Below are positions 24,300 through 36,617 of a DNA stretch of 64,000 nucleotides, one piece after another; the first letter of the stretch is position 1; every line of letters starts with the position of its first letter. The notes under the pieces were generated by a model. The model searched no databases, was not told where the DNA came from, and saw only the letters and a program-made list of their open reading frames with translations. A program made the position numbers and the translations under genes. This DNA is from Ptychomitrium polyphyllum (taxonomy: Eukaryota): the NCBI GenBank assembly GCA_973851085.1, contig OZ316776.1, forward strand, positions 3,720,001-3,784,000, given 5' to 3'.

Positions 24300-27200
24300 T
24301 CATTGCTTTTAGCATTGCCAAGACTTTTCACTGCTCATCTTGCCATTCGTTATCCAAACAAATAAGGAGAAAAATCAAGTTTGATAGACTGATACTCCGA
24401 AGTTTCAATGTTGGTTGATCTTCTGCCATTGGTCATTTAAAGAAGTTGGCTTCTTGGAGTCAATGTTCATTGCAATAAAGTAAGCAATGTTCAGAACCCC
24501 CTGATATTTCCGTACTTGGTTCATGTTCAAGTAACAGCAGGAGAATCTAAAACATGTTCTAATTGGTTCACTAGAAGTTTCCTCTTCAGTGGGCTTTCAG
24601 GTATTATGACATTTGTAAAATGAACATGTATGAGGGTCTGAAAAGCCCACTGTTAGGTTGCGTAAAGAGGAACCTTTGACATGAAATCACACATCGATCT
24701 TTGGCTAATTCCCAAGCGGGGACACACTAAACAAGTGAAATCGAACCAACCTTGGACTCCTGGATTACTTTATGATTCACACCTATTATCCTCCCAATGC
24801 TCCGACGTGCTGGTGCTAGTTTGTGACAAAGGAGACCTACGTATATAGACAGTGGGAGTAGTCAGTAGCTAGGGCACAGAAGACATTGATATAGTGTGTT
24901 CCTTCATGAAATGAGTTGCTGAACATGAGAAATTTGTGCTCACAAGCTGCTAGCATTGGAGGTATGGAGAACACGGTGGGTCGGAGGTGGTTTAGATGTG
25001 ATCAAAACCTTTTAAGTATGTAGAATCAAAAGCAGGAGATCATGCACATCTTGCACATCCTGTATTTCTTTGTTGGCATTAATGAGGTACTCTGAATCCA
25101 ACCTCGACTTGCAAGCTTTTTGATAGAACAGAGATCATTTCAAGGATGTGAACATGGAATTACTGAATTCCACCAATGCTGAGGAATTTCGCCATGATGA
25201 GTGATTGCATTACACTTTCTTGAGAAAGCCTTACTATCTTTGCAAGCATGAAGTGGCATATGTATTGAATCAGTTTTGTCTTTGAGTTCCTTCACAGGAC
25301 CAGGAAATAATTAGATAGTATACCTGCTCTTAATCGCATTCGAGACGAGCATTAAAAATCATGTCAAGATTAACAAGTGGCTACGTCATGATAAGTGCAT
25401 TGGTTCTAAGGAGTTCGCAACCACATGTTTCTAACAGGTTGTAAGGGTGCCTGAAGGATGAACAGCGGGGTACGGTGAGCTACTATCAACCTCCGAGTGA
25501 CTGTTGGGACTTCAGCAGTAATTTAGATGATCGACAAGTCTCTTTATTACTCCAAAAAATTAAGATTGTAAAGGTAAGCTCGCTGTACCTCTACATATCA
25601 GGCTAAGTAATAGCTGCTTTGTACTGTCACTTCCTTCACACTAACTCAGAGATGCTTACTGAAGACAGCTCATAGTATCATAGAGATCGTGTTCATTTCG
25701 ACCTCGTGTTTCAATTTATCATCTAACGAGTTTTCATAGCCAAGAATCACCTGCTCAATCAGTGTCACCTCCATCCGCAAGTTTATCCGTGTCTTGCAGT
25801 GGTGACTGGACTTGGTGTTCTCACAAGAGTTTGCAACCAACTAGCGAAGCTTTCATTATTGCTGGATACTTTACCCACACATCTTCAGTTTGTCCAAGAA
25901 CGTTACGGGCTTCCTTTCACTTTCAAGTGAGCAACTCCATCAATATGCCAGTTCATAACCCGTTGGTAAATAAGCTCCTTCACATGGTGCGGAATAGGTC
26001 AGCAGTGAATAGGTCTCCATGTTCAGGTTCCGTTTGAGTTAAAAGAAAAGTACGGCAACTGTTTCCCTCCCGCATAACTAGCTTCGCCCCAACTGTTAAT
26101 TGGATGATTCTCAGAAATGATTCTGAGAAATCTATTGCCTCTTGATAAGCCAGCACCATGCAACGGATGGGATAAAAGCAAGTTGGACAAGGTCCATTTC
26201 TAGCCCCTTCCATCACCTTGAATGAATCAACGTGCTCGTCTCAGAGAGGAGGATGGGGGTCATCAGGAGGCCAAGAGAACCGGCTTCCAAGTTTTTCAAA
26301 ACCAGAGACAGAGCTTCAGGGACTGGATTAGTGGTACTAATGATGATAGATGAGGTCGTGCACAAGTTATTCAAGTCGGAGTGTGGATGATGAGCCAATT
26401 CAATTGGAAGATTATCAGACATAGATATACAGCGCTTGAATGTAGGAGCCTTGCACTTGGATGAGCGACTGTGGAATGCATGCCTGGAGCTTTGAGTTGC
26501 TACTTGCGTACACATTAGATGTGCTGATCAGCAAAGACCAGACAGAAATACTTGATTGTGTTTTTATTGTGCTCAAAGTCCGGAATGTAAGTAGTCAATG
26601 TCCCTACCGGAAATTCCACAGGGCTGCAAGCAGTACTGTACTGACGTTGTACAACTCATTGTCCTATTAGCTGAGAACTAAGCAAAACCGCATTAGTAAC
26701 TGGTTCTTGTATGCATGCTGCACAATTTCAGATGCTAAGTCTTGCTTGTGAACTAATTCTCCACCAGCTCCAAGATCATGCAATATAGAAAACCGGACTG
26801 CCAAATACCTGGTCATGACGGATGGCAGCTCCTCCGCATTGGACAAGTCCTCTCTCAAAGACCAACCTGGCCCTTCCCAACAGACATGTTATGTTACAAA
26901 AAGCAGGTTTGCACAAGAAACTCCAAGGTCATCACGATTATTCATCCCCACACATTACGTGACGAGACGAGATGCAGAGAATACGTTAAAATTACCATTA
27001 TCATGCTCTCCCATTGCATGTTTAGTCTTCTGTCAAGAGCTCTTCATTATCCACCTACAGGCTTAGGTGGTTTGGGAGCCATACACCATCATAAAACATT
27101 GCATAAGTGGCCATAATCTTAGCGTGCAGTTGATAAACAAGGAGGGTATTACGCTTCACCTTCCAGAACAGAAAACTTTGGCAGTACAGATATGACTATT

Positions 27201-30200
27201 CTGTCTTCCACTTTGAACTGTTACTGATGTCCAGTCTGGGACCTAAAATTACTTCAACAAAATGAGCCACGTATACAGTTATCAAGTTTTCCTAATGAAA
27301 TAACGATGGTAGCTCACACGCTAGGGGAGCCAGACGGGGTTACCATGTGCTTGGTGTTCAAATCAGGCCCCAAGTCGGGCTCACGTTGAACTTCGCACAA
27401 GGTGCTTGGGACCTGCTTTCAGTAGCGTGGTTAGCAAAGTTTTGGTTCACAAGTAACTTTACATGTGTGTCACGATCACTCATAACTTTAGCAGCAAGGC
27501 ACATGCCGTGTCTGAAAATCAAATCGAGGAATACAATTTCAGTTTTTGAATTGCTGAAATTTGAAGATATGAATATCAGGAAGTTGCTGCTTGAATTTAA
27601 ATGATCTCTTTCAGCACGTGCCAGCTTGTTGCTAAAGCTGTTTCAGGGAAAGAATTAGCTAATCCAGATCAAATGGTCGACTGAGTCCAATAATGGTTTT
27701 CATACCATAATGCCGCTCAATTTCTGGTGACTGTGACCTACTAACTAGAATGAAGCATGAACACAGAAAGCGACAAACTTCAAATTGCAATATTGTGCCT
27801 CACAAATTTCTGTAGGCGCTCAGTTTAGGTTTCCAACACTGGCAGAGGTAGATGAGATCAGATTTTGTGAGTTGATGAATATGACACTAAATGCATAAAG
27901 GTATGTGTTTTAGTTTGGTGATTTTGTATATAAATTTTCTCAATTTTGAGTAAAATAAGGTTGTGATAATGGAATTGTACTTCTAAATGAAGTGATCATT
28001 GTTATTAGAAGAGATATAATTTGGGTGGTATGTAAAGTTGTTTAAATAATTTTAATTCTATTCTATTTATATTTATATAATGAAATTGGCTAATATAATC
28101 ATAAACAAACAAGGACAAGGATTGAGAAGGAATTATTGTAATTATTGCATCTTTTAAAGTTACATTGTGGTTCTATGTCTTCTAAATTTAAAATACAGAT
28201 CAAAGAGGTATTTTCTCCTAATAAAGAATAGATTCCCTACTAATCTATCCAAAATTCAATATCTTATACATTCATAAAAAAATTTAGAATATGACTTACA
28301 AATAATGTTTTTCAATAGTTGAAGCAACACATCCTCACTTTGAAAAGTGAAAAACCAATAATATATGATAGTGAGGATAATGAGGCCATGTGATAATGAA
28401 TGAAGGCATGAACCAAATTTGATGAATTGGCACAGAAACTCGCTCAAACATTAGAGGATCAAGGTGTTTAACAATGAAGTGGTACCTTTTCAGTGTTGAA
28501 ATCATTCCTTTAAAGAGAGGGTGTTTACAGAGTTACTGAAGAATGTTATGCAGGTCATGTTGCATACCAGCCCCTAGGCAAACAAGTTGTGAGTAGGTTT
28601 AACATTCTGGATCATCTACATGAAGAATGTCGCAATACAGCAAACTGCCACTGGATGGACAGATTTTACAGTCCAGCTGGGGCCCATCTGATTTCTTTCT
28701 AACTTCTCCTCAACCCAGGTCTTCCAACTACTGAGTCACAATAGGCAAAATCATGTTAATGAACTTAATCATAGCTGGAGCTTGTCCTGCTATTCTGTGA
28801 AGAATTGTCTAGAATCTGAACTTTTCCTACCTCTGATGGATCACACATGGCGAAGTAGCGCATGCGCCCTTTGAACTTTGAAGCAAGAGCCCCATGATTG
28901 ATGTCTGTTGGTGATCCATCTCTCTCAGCACCACGCCACCACATGTTCTATGCTATTGACATAGTGTAAGGTACAGATCACTATTTCAATTAAGAACCTG
29001 TAACAGTCAGTGCACCTGAGTCCAACTCAGCACTATTCAATGAAGCACCTGATACCTCACTTGAGTTGAAAGCCAGCCTTTGGGATTTGCATTTCATGAA
29101 TCTTTATAACACTGTTAGCAATGCCTTGTTTAGGTTAAGCAAATGAATACATATGCAAAGGACATCCCTTAATGCATAACAATTAGAGAAATAGTGTTAC
29201 ATATGTTTTAATTTAATAGATGTCTAGAGTAAAATAGGTAATTTTTATGTTTTTCCACTATTAAGAAGAAGTGCTATGAATGTTGAATTTTGACATTTTA
29301 GATATTGTATCATGAATCAAAATGAATGGGGCTTCAATTTTGTGATTGAATTATATAATCAAGCTTGCAAAATAAGATACAAACCTCTCCTTAATCATTG
29401 TAAAGGTATTTATTGTGATATTTATCTTTAAAAAGTGTCTTTGTAATTTTCAATTCCATATGATTGACTCACTTTATATGTTGTATACTAGAAACTAAAT
29501 GTCATCAAATTAACCACTACAACATTGATAATTATTTGAATAAAAATAATTAAGAGATATTATCTACAAAAGGGAGCTAAAAAACCAAAAAAAAAATTGT
29601 AAATTGCAAGTTTTAATATACATTACAATAAAAGATTTGAAAAGGGTGCAGAGAATTTCTTTTTTAGCATTCAAAGAACATTTCTCAAAGATTTGGGAAC
29701 AAATATGCTGATTTAGATTTTTTGAATAGATGTTATATTCACCTTAACTTCCTTTGGAATTGAATTTTTACTTCTTCTAAAGTATAACTATATAAATTAT
29801 TTTTGATAGACATGTATATTAAAAATCATATATTTTAGCTTCTAAACGTATACTTATCTATTTTAAAATAGATGATGATTTTTCAAGAGATATGATTGAA
29901 AGCCACTTGTTGATATTAATAATATGCAAATAATTGGTATTGATATGGGAACATGTATATTATTTGAGATAGTCCCATTGTAGAATGGGAAGAATTCTTC
30001 TTCCAAACATGAAAGATCATATTTTATACTAATTTGAATATTATTGTTTTAGAGTCTATTCTAAACAATCACTAGATTTTATATCCATGTGGAGACAATT
30101 CTCCAAGACATAGAATTCATAGCCAAATTACATATGTAGTAGGATTTTCGAACAAAAATTCTCCAATGTTCACCTTCTTAAAGAATAAGCATTTTATTCT

Positions 30201-31070
30201 CTATAGCATTCCTTAATGACTTGTTTGAACATTATTTTTTAAAGGGATAATCCAATATCCAAAGGTACAATTCCATCATCCAAACTTACAATTCTATTGT
30301 CCAAACCATATTACATTCAAAATTATAAAAGTTTGTGCACCGAGTTAACAAGCTAAACTCATGTCTTCATGCATTCATTACTACATATCCTCATTGTCAT
30401 TTGATGTCTACCTCCCATTTTCCAACGTGAAGGTGATTGCTTCAACAAATGACAAACGTTCTCTCATTTTTCGTTTTCCCATTTTTCTCTTTCCATTTTT
30501 CACTTTCCATTTTTCACCTTTCATTTTTCACTTTTCACTTTTCACTTTTCATTTTTCATTGTTCACTTCCTAAGAGCAAGAATTTCAAAGAATGATTGCA
30601 AGGAAAAATGGCTTTTAGTGGTTCCAGAAGTGCATGCTTTCTTCTCCAGACTTCTGTTACTTGATTCTCAAAGAATGGTCATGCATGAAACCAATTCTCA
30701 GAGTCTGTTCAAATCTCCTGTGAAACTCAATGATCCAGATTGTCGTCATTTGATGCACCAAGGACTTACATTCATTGAGATTTCTACAGATCTAATTCCT
30801 GTAATATATGATCTAGTAGGTGATGGAATTGGGGAGGTAACGCCATGGATCATTGGGTACCTCCACCTTCGCCTCATGGAAGGAGACCTACCATATTCCA
30901 TAATGTGCCTTGATTCAAAAAGCATCTCTGACTCTGCGCAGCCTAGCCTGCAAAATCTACATGGCTGCAGTGACGAGGTTCTGATAGTGCAATGTTCAAA
31001 ACCTGCTCTCCAGACCAAATTCATGCCCCTATGTGTCACTCTGCTCATAACGTTTCTGGCCCTCGGGCAT
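24300..31070 (-). pseudogene. Large decayed multi-exon gene with beta-propeller plus alpha-solenoid architecture; probable ROD/KNTC1 (RZZ complex) relic
   Basis: Protein-like minus-strand frames broken by many stops and frameshifts, with residual GT-AG introns (~30952-31001, ~30718-30769). Fragments in 5' to 3' order: FAMCDPSEVGKVQILD, KEIRWAPAG../SSGSLLY, LLTFRTL, MEGARN..YQEAIDFSESFL, RNEHDLYD, MLAKIVRLSQESVMQSLIMAKFLSIGGI, RKLLVNQLEHVLDSPAV, QVRKYQGVLNIAYF..NDQWQKINQH*NFGVS. These resemble KNTC1 blocks, in the same order, as I recall them. Interrupted by AT-rich inserts at ~27880-28400 and ~29150-30570. Confidence 0.6.
30463..30570. repeat. Degenerate 7-bp pyrimidine-rich tandem repeat TTTTCA(C/T)
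   Basis: tttttcactttccatttttcacctttcatttttcacttttcacttttcacttttcatttttcatt. Confidence 0.8.
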
Positions 31071-32419
31071 GGTAAGTGAGCCTTTCAAGAATCTTTTCGA
31101 AGTCATACTATATATATAATCAGTTCATCATTCACACTAGCACATGCTAATGGACATTCATCTTTGTTAAACTAGTCAGTAAAGTGAACTTTTTTTTTAT
31201 AGTTACCACAGAGTTTTGGAGTATTTACAAGAAATTCAAAGGATGTTTTAAACGATCTCAGAAGCCTTATAGCCTTTGGACTGAAAACAGTTACGTATTT
31301 GCAAAATGAAAAGTACATACAACGTACAACACATCCTCTATTCTTTAATCTTCACAAGCATGAACCTGTGATATGACATTAGGCTTAGAATTCCACATTC
31401 AATCCTATTATTGAAAATTAGGTTAAAGTTTCGATTTTATACATAGAACAGATGAAGGCATGTGTCTTTTATGAGTTTTAAAAAAAAATAGTTTGATTAA
31501 CATTTCGAACAATTACTTGAAACAAATGAATAGGAGAATTTGTACCAATTATATAATATTTTTTAAAAAAAATTAGAATTTATATTATAAATATGAGTTA
31601 CTATGCAGGACATCATAATGGATGAAAATCATCTATTTTTCCTTAAAGTAGCAAAAATCACCACATTATGATAATAACTATTCAACTTGTAACTCTAAAC
31701 ATATCCTTAATTTCACAAATATTTTCAAAATTTCAAAATGAAATGGAAAACAAAGCTTCATTTCATTAATTCAATACAAATGTATTAGAGGTCAATTTTG
31801 TATATAGAATTTATCATAGTAAAAAATAATTATAAAGCTAAAAATCTATTATATGGAGCATTCTTCATATTATTTATTGTATAATCAAAATATGATATAA
31901 AGTCTACAAAATCATATTATGTTTTGCATAACAAGTGGCATCTTAAGATCAAAAATTTAATTAAACGAAGTAGTTGACAAACATATGAGCCCTAAAAAAA
32001 TCAAAATTTATAAATAATCTACCAATCTTTGGTAGAATTGGTATTCAATTTTAATCTTTTCAAATGAGTCTTTTAAATTCTTTATCCAAGACCAAAAAAA
32101 CTCTTTACTACTTCTATTTAAATTCCAAAAACCAAATACAAAAGAAATTTTTGTAATTTTAATTATAAGATCTTCTACTAGACCATCAAAAAATGTGTGC
32201 TTTTTTAATTAATTTTTTTTAATATATAGTATATTGAGTGTTCATTTCCATAACAAAGGAGAATATATTAGGTACTTGTGTCCCATATTTAAAAATATAA
32301 AAAAGTATAATATGTTCAAATAATTACTACAATAGAAGGAGATTCTAAATAATACCAATTATCATTTTATAATCTTCAAATTTGATTTCTTATAAATTTT
32401 CTATTTAATCAACTAATAC

Positions 32420-32421
<2 letters not shown>

Positions 32422-32488
<67 letters not shown>
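32422..32488. repeat. (TA)n microsatellite, about 33 units
   Basis: Directly visible. Confidence 0.95.
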
Positions 32489-32492
<4 letters not shown>

Positions 32493-33211
32493 CTTGTTTT
32501 TGAGGTATGAATGTTTGTAAAAAAAATTAAAACATTTGAAACCAAATTTCTAAAAGCATAACAAAGGTATTTATTTTCTTATATCTTATTCGATTAGGTC
32601 AAAACTTTGATTCTTTTTAGAAAATAGTTTTGAACTATCAAAAATAAATTTAATTATATCAAAGAAAATTAAGTTAGTATCTTTTGTATCAAAACATAGA
32701 TGTAATAGAAGAATGTATTGTAATAAAAAGAGATACCAAAGAAGAAGTAAAAATCACTTTAAATAATATAAAATTTTCTTCCAATATCTTACAATGAAAC
32801 CAAATTATGTCCTAATGAAACTAAAACTTTTCCAAATCTATAAGAGAATTTTCAAAACCACATTCAATATGGACATTGTGGATGCTCAATTAAAATCTTT
32901 ATAACCTCTTTTTGGATAAATTTTGTTTGAAGATTAAACTGGCATTTCTACAAGATTTTAAATAGGCAATATTGAAAAATTCATTGAAAATGTATACATA
33001 ATATTAAACAAATTACATGCATATTAGCATGAAGAAATACATTATTCATTTTTATTAGAAATGTGCTATTGCCAACATTAAAAGATCTCTTATTCCTATG
33101 GGCTCTTGCAATTTGAAAATTTCAAAAATTATATGATAAAATCTGAATTTAAAGCCTATTTTTATAGACATGTGAAATAAAAATAAAATATAAACTACAA
33201 GTTGTAAATTT

Positions 33212-33236
33212 TATATATATATATATATATATATAT
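33212..33236. repeat. (TA)n microsatellite, about 12 units
   Basis: Directly visible. Confidence 0.9.
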
Positions 33237-35559
33237 TTGGATTTATCCTTGCTATCAGTAAAAAAAATTGAATATTTTTTGAAATAACATTATAAGAAAA
33301 AAAAGTTGATAATATTTGATTCAATATCATTTTTATTGGACTTTGAATGTGAGGTTTTTAATCTTGAAAAAATCTGAAACTTTGAATAATTATAATCTAA
33401 GAATTTATTTCAAAAGATTTATTTTGAACCAAAAAATTTGTAATTTTGATAATACATTCTTCCAATTTACTACTTGTAAACTATCATTACAAATTTAATG
33501 TTAAATCCAAATGTTCTAGTGTTGGTCAATTAAACCAAGAATCATAAAAAATTATGATCAATAATAACAATACTAATAATAGAAATAAGATAACTTTGAA
33601 TATTGTAGTCATTTAGAATCCATATGTTTGGACAACACTTAATTATCTTTCATCATTTTAAGCTTTTTGTTTGATGCACTCATTTATAATACATCTACAT
33701 AAATTAGGAAATCCAATTGCTCCATGGTTATATCTCAACATTCTAGACCATTTTCATAAATGATATTAAATTTAATATTTTTCAAGACTTTGAAGTTGTG
33801 AATTTTTACAACACCTCCATATGTCATTGTAGTACATGAATCATCACCAAATCCAAATTATGAAAAATCTAAGTGATAAACCATTTAAAAGGCAAACCAA
33901 TTTTTGTAGGCAATCTAATACCCCTATTTAGGGTTGCACATCTTCCAATTTCCCAGCAAGGACCCGGGATCCCCCAATGCTGTACTTCCACTTGAACATG
34001 TTCCTACAAGATGCAGCTTTGCAGAATTGCTATTGAATTTCCTGCCTAGCACTATAGTATACTGTAGTTTATTTGCAGGCATATGAGTTTGTACGGCCAA
34101 ATCTGCCTACTTGGCTGTCACGATTGCCGAAGAGCAAGTGGAACCTCACTTCCACAAAAACTGCAGAAACTGGATGAATGAGTCTTCTCTGTGTGTCTGA
34201 GAGATCTAACTTTACGAAGCAATGTACGAGAGTAACTTTCAATCGATCTTGAGTTTCGGTGTGTCACGGTCCGTGACAGCTGCATTGGTTGAAGCTGCAG
34301 GGCTGAATGGACTTTCATGTGAGGCCGTTTCTTGTGCTGTTTGTAACAGCTGCCTAGGCTCTGCCCAGACATCGCCCTTGCAGAAGTAACTGTCGGTTAT
34401 CGGTAGTGTGCCAGTGTTTTCCAGGGCACCGAAGGTCAAGGTGAGTTAAAGGCATGGCCCAGACCTTGCTTACAGAGGACGGACAACCCAAGGCGTAACG
34501 TAGCTGCTGCCTCTTTCACGAGTTGAAGCCGGTACACGTACAGTATGTATACTGTATATACTACTACTATACATATATAGAGAGTATATTATCATACACG
34601 TACAGAAGGAATACGGCAGAGGCTACTACATTTAAGGACTTCAAGTCACTTTGCTACAATAGAAGATAGTGGTACGTGCAATATGTTTAAAACATTATAT
34701 CATCAAATTTCATTTTATAAATAGTGCCGTTTATATATGGCAAATTGATATTCATGTTTTGTTAAAGTTATTATTTCACATAATAGATGAGCATTTATGC
34801 TTATTAATATGTAAATTTTTATTTCAATATGATATTTTTAGTTTCTAATATAATATCCAAATAAAAATATATATTTAATATTCACTTTTAGTGTGATGAT
34901 TTTAAATAATTGCTACACTTAATTTTATTATCATTGCTCATTCACTCACTTCTACTATCATTTCATATTTGGTATCTAATCAATTTATAAATGGTAGTAA
35001 TAAATTTATGTATGGTTGGTGTTCTAAAATAATGGTGGTATATATATAAAGACTTTTTAAAGGGGATGACATTAAAAATAGCACATGTTGTCTGAGTTTT
35101 GGTGGCTTATTTGTAGCAATAATCTCAAAATGTTGTTGGTTGTAAAATCAATCTTTGAAGCATAATTGTTCTTTTAAAAATTATTATAACACATAAATGA
35201 CTTATTGTTATTTTATCTTGTAAATTCAATTTTTTTTTTGGTATTAAAATGTTTTAATTAATATATCATTGTTTTTTATATTTAGTATTTTTAATGCAAA
35301 ATATCTAAGCTAAACTTGAGTTATGTCAAATTATTATTGAAAGATGGATGCTTGTGTCTTATAAATCATTATTTAAGTTAAATCTTACTTTCTAAATCTC
35401 ATTTAATATTTTGATCATGCTTTATAAATCTCATTTAATGCTTTTAATAAAGCTTATTTTATTCAAAAAATACTAAGCTCAATTTAAATTATAAGGCCTT
35501 TAATGTTAATAATTGAAATCAGATTTTTTATTTGTTATTTGTAATTTTTGACAAACTTA

Positions 35560-36150
35560 AAGCTTTTTATGTTGATAGTGCAATCATATTATAAATTTAT
35601 GGTATTGAAAGTATGTGCTTTATTCAAATCCTACAATACTGAGAATGAAGTCCATGATATTGAAAGGATAAGCCTTTTTCAAATTCTATGATATTGAATT
35701 TTTTTCTATATTTGATATGAAGCCTACAATGTTAGAAGTACAAGGCATCATTCAAATATTGTGATGTTGAGACTATAAGTCCTTATTAAATCCTATAGTA
35801 TTGACAGTTTGATTTGAGTATGATTTGAAGTCTGGTACCTTGAGAATACAAGCTTTATTTAACTTTTGTGATGCTAAAAGTCTAGTTTGATTTGAAGTCT
35901 GGTACCTTGAAAGTACAAGCTTTATTCAAATCCTATGATACTAAGAATCCTATGTAAACTTATAACAACAAGAGTGTAAGTATTGATTAAATCTTCTAAT
36001 GTATGGTTTGAGTATTATTTGAAATTTGTGATACTCAAAGTATAAACATCATTTAGATTCTATAATATTAGACACTCTACTATAAAGCTTGTAATGTTGG
36101 TTGTACAAGTACAAATCAAAGCTTGTAATTTTCAAAGTTGTACTTGTATG
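35560..36150. repeat. Degenerate minisatellite, about 34-bp unit with consensus near GATATTGAAAGTACAAGCTTTATTCAAATCCTAT
   Basis: Recurrent TATTCAAATCCTA / ATATTGA / TACAAG blocks; TGATTTGAAGTCTGGTACCTTGA is duplicated at 35821 and 35888. Confidence 0.7.
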
Positions 36151-36548
36151 AAAGCTTTCCATTTAATAGTATAAGAACATAATTGAAAACTTAAGTTAAA
36201 GCATTTGATGCTAATAATTGAATCAGCAGTGATGTTGACACTTTAGGCCAAATTTGAGAATTTGAAAATTGAAATTGTGAGGCTAGTCTAGTACTTCTAA
36301 TACTTGAGTCTGATCCTAGTTTGCACTCTACGATACAGTAATCTCTTGCTTCCAGTTGTGCCCCAGAAGATCCACGCCCACTTGCACTGCAATCCAAATC
36401 CTACTATTTGATTCCCCATTGCCCAGTCCTTTACAGTGTACATCATCCCAGGCTCTAATTCAAGACAAACTTTGGCTTTTAATTTAGGGCACTTTAACGT
36501 GGAGGTACTTTTTCCCAACACTAAGGACCCATTTTCATAATACAAAAA

Positions 36549-36617
36549 TGCTTAGGCAGATACACTTGATTTGCTTAGGCAGATACACTTGATTTGCTTA
36601 GGCAGATACACTTGATT
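36549..36617. repeat. Perfect 23-bp tandem triplication (TGCTTAGGCAGATACACTTGATT x3)
   Basis: Three identical adjacent copies with no spacers. Confidence 0.95.

Larger units (their letters stand above)
31150..33900. mobile_element. Very AT-rich block, probably ancient decayed transposon debris
   Basis: Sharp compositional shift, CpG depletion, no credible ORF, embedded (TA)n runs. No diagnostic transposon motif recognised. Confidence 0.4.

Noticed and set aside
30618..31079. 153-aa plus-strand ORF as an independent gene
   Set aside because: Splice signals and protein-like frames are on the minus strand (pseudogene 5' part); the plus ORF has no recognisable motif.
36549..36617. 23-bp direct repeats as a CRISPR array
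   Set aside because: The copies are contiguous with no spacers, there are no cas genes, and the context is eukaryotic.
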